64,000 nt of DNA, taken from positions 576,001 through 640,000 of the forward strand of contig CAWIIP010000004.1 in NCBI GenBank assembly GCA_963836235.1, given 5' to 3'. The notes under the pieces are model-generated. The model was not told the origin of the DNA, made no database searches, and saw only the letters and a list, made by a program, of their open reading frames with translations. Positions 43,513 through 53,180 of this stretch are shown piece after piece. The number at the start of each line of letters is the position of its first letter. Position 1 is the first letter of the stretch. The stretch is from an uncultured Pseudomonadota bacterium. Its GTDB lineage: Bacteria; Oederibacteriota; Muellerivitia; Muellerivitales; Muellerivitaceae. Position numbers and translations under genes: made by a program.

Positions 43513-43958
43513 AAACATTTCTTGGGGCCGCTTATTCCAATAACATAGATTTAGGCAGCGGGATTATTAAGGAAGATTGGGTGAAAATATTATTTGGTAA
43601 ATCATCATTTCGATCTTTGTGCGGATTGAATATCCCAACCAATGGCGATCGGAAAAACTATGCTTTCCAAGGTTTTTCAATGAGATCTTCTTGTGGTCAA
43701 GATGGCCAAGTTGTTTGTGTCGATTTCGAAATAGGTGGAATCATATTTTATTTATTTTTGGATAAACCAGAAAATTTAGGGATTGGGTCATTGCATGGAA
43801 GCAAGTTGAAAGATTTTGTCTATCACCCACCTCTTTTAGTTTTGCGAAACATAAATAATATTCATAAAATTAGATTTTTTATAAATCCTTTCGGCCTTGG
43901 TAAAAAGATACAATATGATCGCATCGGTACTTATTCGGGTAATTCTCCTCTGCATTAA
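43510..43958 (+). pseudogene. AT-rich 3' fragment of an unknown gene joined to the macrodomain remnant
   Basis: Abrupt GC drop at ~43510; ~148 open codons without their own start. Confidence 0.45.
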
Positions 43959-44122
43959 TCATTAGAAAAAAGGCTTGCCCTCGAAAAAAGATGCCCGGCT
44001 GGACATTTTCCAATTTAGAAATTCAACCTTGGCCCTCCCTCCCGCGCCCGTTCCTATTTCCCCAATCCTATAATCCTTTCCATTCAAATAAAGCCTAATG
44101 GATTCCCAAGTCCAAGACGGAC

Positions 44123-45946
44123 TCAACCGAGTTTCGTCACCTCGTAAAGCTTCACGGGTTCCGAAAAACCTTTCAGGGGGACGGGTTCCAAGCTTCGCAC
44201 CTCCACAAGCCCCTTGAGTTTTCGGTACATGGAATCGGAGATTAAGACCTGGCCGGGGTTGGCTTTGGAGCAAAGCCGGGAAGCCAGGTTGACTTCCTCA
44301 CCGATGACCGTGTAATCGGTCCTTTTGTCGCTTCCCAGGTTCCCCGATACCACCACGCCGGTATTGATGCCGATGCCCATGGTGAGGGGTAGTTGGTTCT
44401 TAACCAGCCTTTTTAGGTTGAGCTGTTTCAAGGCTTCCTGCATTTCGAGGGCGCATTTGACCGCCCTTAATTCCTTATCTTCAAAGGGCACCGGCGCCCC
44501 CCAAACCGCCATGACGGCGTCCCCGATGAACTTGTCCAGGGTCCCTTCGTACTTGAAGACCACGTCCACCATTTGGGTGAAATACTCGTTGAGCTCGGCG
44601 ACCAATTTTTCCGGTGCCATGTTCTCACTGAAGGCGGTGAAACCCCGGATGTCGGTGAACATGATGGCGCAATCCCGTCTTTCGCCCGCAAGGGCTACTC
44701 CCCCTTCGGCGGAAAGGAGTTTTTTGGCCACTTGCGGCGCCATGTATTTGCCCAGGATATTCTTGACGTGTTCTTTCTCGGTCAAACCTAAGATCATTTC
44801 ATTGAAGGCGTTTCCCAATAACCCCAATTCGTCCCGGCTTTTGAGGTTCACCCTTACGTTCAAGTTGCCTTTTCCGACTTCCTGCACCCCTTTCAAAAGG
44901 GTGTTGACCGGGGCCGTAATACGTTGGGCGATGAAGAGGGCTATGCCAAAAGCGAATACCGTTCCCAACAAGCCCAGGAAGAGGATGGTTTGCTGGATGG
45001 TTTCCTGCACGGCCAGGGCCTTGTCTTGGGACCGCAATAAAACGTAATAGCCCGGCTGGGGGTTATTGACGACTCCAAAAGGAGAGAAAAGACAAAGGTA
45101 ATTTTCGTTGTTCAGCTTCAGGGCCGCGTTGATGGCGGCGTCGCCGGGGCTGGCGGGGGAGGAGGTGGAAACCAGGGGGGCCAAAGTCTGGGCCAGGGCG
45201 GGCATTTGCTGGAGGTTTTTAGTCGCGCCGAAAATCTTGCCCGCCACGTCAAAGGTGATTTCGCTGTCGGTCATGCGGTTCATCCCCGAGGCCAGGTCGT
45301 CGTCCAGGGCGAAACCCAAAAGAAGCGTCCCCAGGATACGGCCGCGGCTGGCGATGGGAAAGGCCACGGTCTGGAAGGCCATATCGGTTTCGGCCTTCTG
45401 CGGGTCATCGGGCTTGAGGGTGTAAAGGAATCCACCCCGGCTGGCGTCCCCCGCCAGGGCTTTTTTGATGTTGGGCCAGTCCCCGGCGAATTCCTCGAGG
45501 GGCTTTTCCTTGGCAGGGTCCGGCTCCCGGCCCTGCAAAAGCGCCAGGTTGACTTCGGGAATGTGAAAGGCGTCAAAAAGCACACGGCCTGTCCGGTCCG
45601 TGACGATAAAAAGCGGCACCCGCACGGTATGGTTCAAGTCCAAACAAAGTTCGGTGACCGTGGCGGCGATGGCATCGAATCTCGGTTCTTTCACGTCCAA
45701 GGCGGCGGTCAAGCGGGGCAGTCCGGCGATGAGGACGGCCTTATCGGCCAGGTTCTCCGACCTTTCATGGACGAAACTGTTGAAAACCACGTTGGTCCGG
45801 TTTAGGTCCGACTTCAGGGCGTCGATTCCGATCGGACGGAGACGGGCGTTGAGGGCCACCAGCACGCTGCCCATGAGGGCCGCCACTAAAAGGACGACGG
45901 CTAAAAGCAACTTGTCCCGGAGGCGGAAGAAAAAGGGGGGTTTCAC
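44123..45946 (-). CDS. Membrane class III adenylate cyclase with Cache-like sensor and HAMP
   Basis: 2 TM; DELGLLGNAFNEM; FTDIRGFT, LDKFIGDAVMA, DYTVIGEEVNLASRL (Lys/Asp pair typical of ATP specificity). Confidence 0.92.
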   Translation of the reverse strand: MKPPFFFRLRDKLLLAVVLLVAALMGSVLVALNARLRPIGIDALKSDLNRTNVVFNSFVHERSENLADKAVLIAGLPRLTAALDVKEPRFDAIAATVTELCLDLNHTVRVPLFIVTDRTGRVLFDAFHIPEVNLALLQGREPDPAKEKPLEEFAGDWPNIKKALAGDASRGGFLYTLKPDDPQKAETDMAFQTVAFPIASRGRILGTLLLGFALDDDLASGMNRMTDSEITFDVAGKIFGATKNLQQMPALAQTLAPLVSTSSPASPGDAAINAALKLNNENYLCLFSPFGVVNNPQPGYYVLLRSQDKALAVQETIQQTILFLGLLGTVFAFGIALFIAQRITAPVNTLLKGVQEVGKGNLNVRVNLKSRDELGLLGNAFNEMILGLTEKEHVKNILGKYMAPQVAKKLLSAEGGVALAGERRDCAIMFTDIRGFTAFSENMAPEKLVAELNEYFTQMVDVVFKYEGTLDKFIGDAVMAVWGAPVPFEDKELRAVKCALEMQEALKQLNLKRLVKNQLPLTMGIGINTGVVVSGNLGSDKRTDYTVIGEEVNLASRLCSKANPGQVLISDSMYRKLKGLVEVRSLEPVPLKGFSEPVKLYEVTKLG

Positions 45947-46686
45947 TTCCTCACCTGGTTTAAGGTGAGATTGACCTTTTTGGTTTTCCCCGCCTTTACC
46001 TTGACCTTAAAGTCTACCGGTTGCCAGTAATCGTGCCAGGCTTCCAGGGTATAGGTTCCTGGGGGGACGCCTTTTATCCGGAAGGTTCCACCTGGTTGCA
46101 CCACCGTGAAAAAGGGATTCTGAAGCACCAGGATATTGCTGGCCATCTTGGCGTGGATCTCGCAATAAAGCTTCACGGGAATTTCCACTTGGTTGAAGGT
46201 GACTGACTTGGTTTCTCCGTTTTTGCGCCGGCCCAGGTCGAACTTGGGATTTTCATGGGAGTTGGAGAAGACGTTGTGGTAAATGGGATCGTGATTAGTG
46301 AAATCCACCGTGGTGCCCACCAGGACGGGAAGGGCGTGGTGGGTGAATTGGGTGAATTTTTGGTCCAATTTGGCGTGGGCGAGGGGAGCATCCCAATGGC
46401 CGGGCACTTTCTTCAGGTACACCACGATTTCCTCGGGCAGGGGCGGGGCTTTGGGCATCGCCTGGCGATATTTATTGGAACCGCCGTAATCGTCATAGCC
46501 GTTGGAAGAAGAATTGTCCTCATCCATGGCATCGTGCGTTTCGATCTCCTTGCGGGCGGGAGCAGTCACACTGACAGTGCCTTCGATGATTCCCGTGGAA
46601 TGGGCCCAAATCGGGGAATAGGCAAGGTTTCCCAGGGCCAAGATACCCCAAAAGCCGACAAGATGTTTTTGGATGGAACCTCTCAT
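45943..46686 (-). CDS. Exported cupredoxin-like protein with carboxypeptidase-regulatory-like domain
   Basis: Signal peptide; HNVFS..YCEIHAKM (His, Cys, His, Met); GVPPGTYTLEAWH. Confidence 0.8.
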   Translation of the reverse strand: MRGSIQKHLVGFWGILALGNLAYSPIWAHSTGIIEGTVSVTAPARKEIETHDAMDEDNSSSNGYDDYGGSNKYRQAMPKAPPLPEEIVVYLKKVPGHWDAPLAHAKLDQKFTQFTHHALPVLVGTTVDFTNHDPIYHNVFSNSHENPKFDLGRRKNGETKSVTFNQVEIPVKLYCEIHAKMASNILVLQNPFFTVVQPGGTFRIKGVPPGTYTLEAWHDYWQPVDFKVKVKAGKTKKVNLTLNQVRK

Positions 46687-46973
46687 AACTCTCCTTGAAG
46701 GATGGACTAATCGACACTTGATTATAGTAGAAAGGCGAGGTTGAAAGTTACCGTGGTGTATAGAGAAGGGTGATTTAAGAAATGACGGACGGCGATGGAG
46801 TGGAAAAGACGGGGGAGGCCCCTATAATGTGCAAAATTCCCTGGTGGTGTTTTCAAGAAAAGCCATCCAAGCAATGTTGGTGATCAGGAATGGTTCGAGT
46901 TATCCCGAAAATTGTAACTATTCACCAGTTTCTCCGATATATGGCAAATGTTAAATCGTGGAGGCTTAAAACT

Positions 46974-48245
46974 ATGGAAAAGCGCACCGGTTTCCGTCTT
47001 TTCCCTTTTGGTTGCTGCCTATGGCTTCTTTCGGTAAGTGCCCCCCTTTGGGGCCAAACCCCTAGCGGTGACTCCGCGGATAATACCCCCAAAAGATCGG
47101 TGAATTTGAGCGACCAGCAATTCTCCAGCATTGACCAGGCTTTGCCTGTCACCGCGATGGCCGATAACTTGGGCCCCTTGGCCAACAGCCTGAAGCTCAG
47201 CGGTTTCACCAACGCCGGGTATGTGATAACGGGCCGGGATGGCGCCGAACCCAACGGGCATTTTTACGCCGGGGAGAGGCTCTTCGGGGCCGGCATTTTC
47301 CTGAACGCCCAGGTGGACAAAACCGTCTCGGTTTACAACGAGTTGTTCTTATACAACCAGGCGGTCACGATGAAAGAGCTTTATGTTCAATTCAAAGACC
47401 CCTTCCAGACCGGGAACCTCTTGAGTTTCCGGGTGGGCCGGATCGACCTTCCTTATGGTGACGAATACTTGTGGCAGTACCCCATGGATAACCCGATGAT
47501 TCTGCGGACCGCTGAATGGGTTTGGGGGTTCAGCCAAGGTGTTCTAGTGTTTGGCCATTCGGGTGCTTTAGGCTGGCAGGCTTCCATCACCGATGGCTTG
47601 TCTACCCCGAACCTCGACCATGACGACAGCACCGACAAGTCTCTCAATGCCAAGCTGACTTTCAATCCCGATAGCGGGCTTCATTTCGCTTTAAGCGGTA
47701 TGGATGGAGGAAACCACGCCGCATCCAACCTGAATTTTGACGGTGTGGATATCACGCCTGTTGGTTCATTACCGGTTTCTTCCGTAATGGGCGTCGGTCC
47801 CAGCGCCATGGTGGATTTCAAGGCTTGGCAGGGGGACGCGCGCCTCAAATTTGGACCTCTACGATTGATGGGCGACTATGGAATGGTTTATATCGAGGAC
47901 GTTTCTCCTTTCTCCCGAACCCTGTCCTATTACTTTGGGGAGGCCAAGCTGGACCTCACAAGGGAGCTCTACCTTTGCGGCCGCTACAGTGCCATCGGTA
48001 CTTTTAACAGCAATGAAGGATATACGTTCGGCGGGGATTACGACAACGGGACCGATTACGGCTATGACGTGGAGTCCTTTTCGAGGGTCGGGGGAGCCAT
48101 CGGCTACAAGCTCGGCAAAAATACCATTTGGAAAGCGGAAGTGGACAACGATAGGGTCACTTTGATCAATCCCGCCATCGGTAAGGATCCGAATCCGGGC
48201 ACCAGCCGCTACACCCTGGCCACCGAAGTGGACGTGAAATTTTGA
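46974..48245 (+). CDS. Outer-membrane beta-barrel (porin-like) protein
   Basis: Signal peptide; SFRVGRIDLPYG; alternating strands; C-terminal EVDVKF; ATG 46974 after GGAGG. Confidence 0.75.
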   Translation: MEKRTGFRLFPFGCCLWLLSVSAPLWGQTPSGDSADNTPKRSVNLSDQQFSSIDQALPVTAMADNLGPLANSLKLSGFTNAGYVITGRDGAEPNGHFYAGERLFGAGIFLNAQVDKTVSVYNELFLYNQAVTMKELYVQFKDPFQTGNLLSFRVGRIDLPYGDEYLWQYPMDNPMILRTAEWVWGFSQGVLVFGHSGALGWQASITDGLSTPNLDHDDSTDKSLNAKLTFNPDSGLHFALSGMDGGNHAASNLNFDGVDITPVGSLPVSSVMGVGPSAMVDFKAWQGDARLKFGPLRLMGDYGMVYIEDVSPFSRTLSYYFGEAKLDLTRELYLCGRYSAIGTFNSNEGYTFGGDYDNGTDYGYDVESFSRVGGAIGYKLGKNTIWKAEVDNDRVTLINPAIGKDPNPGTSRYTLATEVDVKF

Positions 48246-48270
48246 TATTTAATTTTTCGGAGGATATGAA

Positions 48271-49008
48271 GTGCGGAATATGAACTGGATCGGGCGGGTA
48301 TTAAATTTCTTTCGAGGGCCAAAAACCCTAGCCTTTCTTATCCTGGTCCTTTTCGCGGAGTCCTGCCCCTCCCTTCTCTTGGCCGAGGAGGCCATGCTTT
48401 CGGGGGAAGTGACGATTCTAGATAGAAATCATCGGCCCCTTTCGGATGCCTCGAATGTGGTGGTGTTTCTTGACACCGTAAAGGGGAACCAAGGCTTCAA
48501 GCCGCCCCTTCAAAACCCCGTCCTGGCTTCACAGGATATGAGTTTTGTCCCCCCGGTCCTTTGCGTCCTGGCGGGATCCACGGTGGGTTTTCCCAATAAG
48601 GACGACATGTTTCATAACGTCTTTTCACTGTCAAAAACCAAGGCTTTCGACCTGGGGCTTTATGGCCCGGGGCAGGAAAAAACGGTGACGTTCGAAAAAA
48701 CCGGCCTAGTCAAGATTTATTGCAATATTCATGAAAACATGAAGGCTTATATCCTGGTTTTGGGGAACCCTTATTTCACCCTTACCGGCAAGGATGGCCG
48801 CTACCGTTTAAAGGATGTTCCTCCGGGAACCTATGCGCTGGTTTGCTGGTACCACGGTCCCGAAGGGAAAGAACAAATCGTTACCCAGGACAAGTGGGTC
48901 ACCGTGGGACCCAAAGCCGCGTCCCCGGTTGATTTCGAGTTTTCCATAGGCGGGGCTGGTTCCCAACACAAGAACAAATGGGGAATGTATTACGACGATA
49001 CTTATTGA
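48271..49008 (+). CDS. Second exported cupredoxin-like/carboxypeptidase-regulatory-like protein
   Basis: FPNKDDMFHNVFS..YCNIHENM..DVPPGTYALVCWY; paralog of 45943..46686. Confidence 0.8.
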   Translation: MRNMNWIGRVLNFFRGPKTLAFLILVLFAESCPSLLLAEEAMLSGEVTILDRNHRPLSDASNVVVFLDTVKGNQGFKPPLQNPVLASQDMSFVPPVLCVLAGSTVGFPNKDDMFHNVFSLSKTKAFDLGLYGPGQEKTVTFEKTGLVKIYCNIHENMKAYILVLGNPYFTLTGKDGRYRLKDVPPGTYALVCWYHGPEGKEQIVTQDKWVTVGPKAASPVDFEFSIGGAGSQHKNKWGMYYDDTY

Positions 49009-49194
49009 TTAGGACTCTTCCGATTTTGGGGTAAAGACCTCATTTAAGTAGGCACCAACCCCTTTACCTATCTCTTTTAACTGTCGATAGGGCGCAAAAA
49101 TACTTTTTCAGCACCCATAAATGCGATGGTTCATATGGCTTTTTATTTCAGCTACTATATAATTTCATTTCCTTAATCTTTTTCCGGAGAAATT

Positions 49195-50718
49195 ATGTTC
49201 TCGTTGATTCAATTCCGTAAGAAGGGTTGCTTCTGGATCCTTCCTTTTTTACTTGGAACTTCCCATGTTTTGCCGCAAACAACCGGGAGTGCTTCCAACT
49301 TCAACCTTCCAGTCGTGGAAAAAGTCCTCAAGAACGGTCTGCGGGTATTGATCGTCGAACGACCGGGCGTCCCGGTAGTTTCTTTCTCCTTTATGATGCC
49401 GGTGGGGGCCCAGGACGCTCCCAAAGGCAAGACAGGGCTTCCCCATATGCTGGAACATATGATGTTCAAGGGGACGGAAACGATCGGCACTAAGGACTAT
49501 CAAAAGGAAAAACCGATACTCGAACAAATGGACCGGGTCGCCGTTGAGATGAACGAGGAAAAGGCTAAGCTGGAGCCTTCCCCTGACCGTTTGAAGGAAT
49601 TGACGGAGGAAATGAAAAAGCTCGAGGAGAAACATCATATGGTGGTGGTGAAAGACGAGCTTTCTTCCATTTATACGCTCAATGGCGGGCAGAGCTTGAA
49701 TGCCTGGACCAGCCAAGACGTTACCAACTATCACATTACCCTTCCAGTAAATAAGGTTTTGCTTTACGCCACCGTTGAAAAAGACCGCTTGAGTCATCCC
49801 GTATTCCGCGAGTTTTATTCTGAAAGAAACGTGGTGGCCCAGGAGCGCCGCTGGCGAACCGAATCCAGCCCTGAGGGGAAGCTGGACGAAGCCTTGGAAT
49901 CCACCGCCTTTGTGGCCAGCCCTTATCGTGATCCCGCTATTGGTTGGATGTCCGATATTTTCAAGCTGACTCGGCCTGATGCGGTGGCTTTTTACAGGCA
50001 ATCCTACCGCCCCGATCGGGGCGTTTTGGCCATCGTGGGGGGGATTAAGGCAAAAGAAATCATTCCCATTTTGGAAAAGACCTTGGGTACGGTGCCTAAT
50101 CCAAAAATAGCGCCCCTGAAGCAGGATTGGACCCAGGAGCCTCCTCAGGAAGGCCAAAAGACCGTCCATGTTCAATTTGATTCGGACCCCATCGTCATGA
50201 TGGGGTGGCATATGCCCAACTTCCCCCACAAAGATTCGGTCGCGCTGGACGTTCTCTCGACCATCCTGACCACGGGCAATACCTCCCGGCTGACAAAAGA
50301 CCTGATTTTTGGAAAAAAGATGGTGACCTCCATTTCCGCTTCCACGGGTTATCCCGGTGACAGGAGTCCGAACCTTTTTACAATGGAATTCACCCCTGCA
50401 CCCAAGCAAGATTCGGACGCTGTGATTGCGGCCATTGACGGTGAAATAGCCGACATCCAAGCGAAAGGGATCATGCCGGAGGAATTGGAAAGGGCCCGCC
50501 GGAACGCGGAGTCCTCATTCCTTTGGGGAAAAACTTCCACATCAGGTTTGGCCCAAGACCTGGCTTATAACCAGGCGGTTCACGGGGACTGGCGGTACCT
50601 AGTGAAATACCTGGAGATGGTCCGGGCGCTGACCTCCAAAGACATCCAAAAAGTCGCCACTCAATACCTGGTTTCCAGCAACCGGACGATCGCTTATTTG
50701 GATAGGCCCGCCAAATGA
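49195..50718 (+). CDS. M16B zinc peptidase, catalytic subunit
   Basis: GLPHMLEHMMFKGT (HxxEH), NAWTSQDVTNY, ERNVVAQERR. Confidence 0.93.
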   Translation: MFSLIQFRKKGCFWILPFLLGTSHVLPQTTGSASNFNLPVVEKVLKNGLRVLIVERPGVPVVSFSFMMPVGAQDAPKGKTGLPHMLEHMMFKGTETIGTKDYQKEKPILEQMDRVAVEMNEEKAKLEPSPDRLKELTEEMKKLEEKHHMVVVKDELSSIYTLNGGQSLNAWTSQDVTNYHITLPVNKVLLYATVEKDRLSHPVFREFYSERNVVAQERRWRTESSPEGKLDEALESTAFVASPYRDPAIGWMSDIFKLTRPDAVAFYRQSYRPDRGVLAIVGGIKAKEIIPILEKTLGTVPNPKIAPLKQDWTQEPPQEGQKTVHVQFDSDPIVMMGWHMPNFPHKDSVALDVLSTILTTGNTSRLTKDLIFGKKMVTSISASTGYPGDRSPNLFTMEFTPAPKQDSDAVIAAIDGEIADIQAKGIMPEELERARRNAESSFLWGKTSTSGLAQDLAYNQAVHGDWRYLVKYLEMVRALTSKDIQKVATQYLVSSNRTIAYLDRPAK

Positions 50719-52136
50719 AAAATCTATCCCTCAAGTTTCTTCTGTTCTTTACGGCACTTTTCCTTTGGGGTGCAAATTCCGAGCTTTTCGCGATACCCCC
50801 TGTCGTGCCGGAAACGGCTCCTTTGGAGATTCAAATTCCACAGTTTGACGTCAAGATGCTTTCTTGCGGTTTAAAAGTGATATTCCTGAAAAATGATGAG
50901 ATGCCGCTGGTTTCAGCCAATCTTTCGGTTCCAGGTGGGGATTCCGTGGATCCGGAAGGGAAGGAGGGTTTGTCGGCCCTGATGAATGCGACGCTGCGCG
51001 ACGGGGGAGCTGGAAAACTTTCTCCCGAAGAATTTGACGAGGCATTGGAAAATCGCGCGGCTTCCATGACGGCCTCGGCCGATCACGAATCCTTCACCGC
51101 CGGGTTTAACTGCCTGGCGGGCGACTTTTCGGAAATCCTCAAGCTTTTCGCCGATATGGTGCTTTATCCCCAATTTGATTTAAAACGCCTGGAAACCGCC
51201 AAATTAGACGCCATCGACGGACTTCAGCGCCTGGAAGGGACCCCGGATGAATTAACCCGGGTCACTTTCGTGAAAGCCTTGTTCGGCGGAAGTCCCTATG
51301 GCCGATGGGCCAGCCCCACCAGCGTGCAAAAGATCACCCGGGATGACGTGGTGAATTATTTCCAAAGCCATTACGGACCCCAGGGTTCAGTTTTGTCCGT
51401 CGCCGGAAATTTCGACGAGGACGCGGTTTTGAACCAGTTGGAATCCCTCTTCTCTGGTTGGAAAAAACAAGAAACGATGGCTCCAGTGGGCGATTCGAAG
51501 CCGTTGGGGCCCGCCATCTATTTTTTTCCGAAGGACGTGAGCCAGGTGTTCGTCCGCTATGGGGTTTTGGGATTGAAACGACATGATCCCCGGGACATTC
51601 CGCTCCAGGTGGCCAATTACATTCTGGGCGGGTCGGGTTTCACCTCTCGCCTGATGCACCAGATCCGTTCGGACCGGGGCCTTGCTTATTTCGTGGACAG
51701 CGTGGCGATGCCCTATAACATCAAGGGGCTATTCGAGGTCATCGGAGGCACCCGGCCCGATTCCGTAAAGGAATTCCTTACCGTCATGTTCCAAGTGCTG
51801 GGGGATTTCGCCAAGGACGGCCCGACCCTGGAGGAATTAAGCCAGGCCCAGCGGTCCATGGTGGAGGAATTCGCCTATAACTTTGAATCGCCCTATACTC
51901 TGGTGTCCTATAAAGTCTCCCTGGATTTTCACGGCTATCCCGACGATTACCTTTCCACCTACAGGGATAAGGTCAAGGCCGTCACCCGCGATGAGGCCGC
52001 CCAGGCTGCGGGAGATATGCTTTCTCAAAAGGATTGGGTCATGGTGGTTTGCGGTCCGGCCGCTTTGGAACAGGAATTATCATCCTTCGGAAGGGTCGTT
52101 AAGGTCACCAACATCTTTGAACCCCTTAGAAAATAA
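50715..52136 (+). CDS. M16B peptidase-like non-catalytic partner subunit
   Basis: No HxxEH; ILGGSGFTSRLMHQIRSDRGLAY; ATGA overlap. Confidence 0.9.
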   Translation: MKNLSLKFLLFFTALFLWGANSELFAIPPVVPETAPLEIQIPQFDVKMLSCGLKVIFLKNDEMPLVSANLSVPGGDSVDPEGKEGLSALMNATLRDGGAGKLSPEEFDEALENRAASMTASADHESFTAGFNCLAGDFSEILKLFADMVLYPQFDLKRLETAKLDAIDGLQRLEGTPDELTRVTFVKALFGGSPYGRWASPTSVQKITRDDVVNYFQSHYGPQGSVLSVAGNFDEDAVLNQLESLFSGWKKQETMAPVGDSKPLGPAIYFFPKDVSQVFVRYGVLGLKRHDPRDIPLQVANYILGGSGFTSRLMHQIRSDRGLAYFVDSVAMPYNIKGLFEVIGGTRPDSVKEFLTVMFQVLGDFAKDGPTLEELSQAQRSMVEEFAYNFESPYTLVSYKVSLDFHGYPDDYLSTYRDKVKAVTRDEAAQAAGDMLSQKDWVMVVCGPAALEQELSSFGRVVKVTNIFEPLRK

Positions 52137-52188
52137 ACCCTTTTAAATTTAAAACTTATTCATTAAAATTAGCGTCCTTCAAAGGTAA

Positions 52189-52263
52189 GGCCCCATCGTC
52201 TAACGGTTAGGACGGATGGTTCTCAGCCATTAAATCGGGGTTCGATTCCCCGTGGGGCTACCA
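52189..52263 (+). tRNA. tRNA-Glu (anticodon CTC)
   Basis: GGCCCCA/TGGGGCT acceptor stem, GATGG-TTCTCAG-CCATT anticodon arm, GGTTCGATTCC T-loop, encoded CCA. Confidence 0.95.
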
Positions 52264-52352
52264 TTATTTTGAAGCGGGACAAGCGTTTCGGAAATTGCTA
52301 ACCCCAATTTCGCCCTGATCTATTTTTATTTTTTTGATTTCAGGTACACGGA

Positions 52353-52841
52353 TTATTTCTTAATCGACTCTAGAAAACCTTCAATTCCGACAGAATCCAG
52401 GAATTCCAACCCGCTTATCTTGCCCTTGGACCAAACCACCTTGGCTGGGACATGAACCTCTTTTTTCCCTGGAAATTTAAATTCAAGGAGAAACACATTA
52501 GCGGTGGAAAGAGAATCGGGAGTTTCAACGCAAACGCCTTTTTTGCTAAGATTCTTGACGCCTCCTAAAATGGGCTGGCGAGAGAATGTCGGTCTCAAGA
52601 GGTAGGCCAACACTTTTGGATGTATGCTTAAGCGAGGGGTAGACCTTGGGTCATTGGTTTCAGGGGTCTGTTTTTTCCCTAAGATGTGTTGGATCCAATG
52701 GTTTACAAAGAGCTTTTGGAGGTTGGCTTTAATTTGGAACTTTTCGCTTAATTTTGGGAGCCAAAGGAAAGCCGGGTAGAAGAATTTATCGTTCTTGCGC
52801 TTAGGCAGAGATTGGGAGGACTGGATAAGGTCAGAATGCAT
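52353..52841 (-). CDS. PilZ domain protein (start uncertain)
   Basis: RSTPR, NLSKKGV, AKVVWSK, GLEF. Confidence 0.72.
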   Translation of the reverse strand: MHSDLIQSSQSLPKRKNDKFFYPAFLWLPKLSEKFQIKANLQKLFVNHWIQHILGKKQTPETNDPRSTPRLSIHPKVLAYLLRPTFSRQPILGGVKNLSKKGVCVETPDSLSTANVFLLEFKFPGKKEVHVPAKVVWSKGKISGLEFLDSVGIEGFLESIKK

Positions 52842-53180
52842 AGAATCGCTCCGAAAAATGGAGATAAAATGGGAACACGAATCATAGATTCGAGAATTTC
52901 TTAAACATTTTTATGTTTTTTTAGTGAACATTCAATAGGATTGAATTACCAAAACCAGAGACCCTTTGAATAGAAAATGTGGTAAGTTCTTTGTGAGTAA
53001 GATTGATACTTGTTTGAACGTTGTAACCTAAAATGTTACTAGGATTCTCCAAATTCGTAATATCGTCGAAATTGCCGACAATTTTTTACAAACTATCGTA
53101 TGGGAAACTACAATGGAAGGAGTTCTTGGATTGAATGTGTTTTCCCGATAAACCGGGAAAGGCCGGAAAGGAGAAAAGGA

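Noticed and set aside
43425-43958. 177-aa ORF as a genuine gene
   Set aside because: Its first ~28 codons are an out-of-frame read of the macrodomain remnant; the ORF is chimeric across the junction
31197-44182. Diversity-generating retroelement TR/VR pair (99-bp repeat at a gene 3' end; also the 1.05-kb duplicate)
   Set aside because: Mismatches are not confined to adenines (4 of 10 are at C in the intact copy) and no reverse transcriptase is in the window
46790-46830. GGCGATGGAGT resembling the start of a fluoride riboswitch
   Set aside because: The pairing TCGCC strand and downstream GCTGATGAC motif are absent; neighbours are not fluoride-related
49249-50460. 403-aa minus-strand ORF
   Set aside because: Fully antisense to a well-supported M16 peptidase; no recognisable motifs
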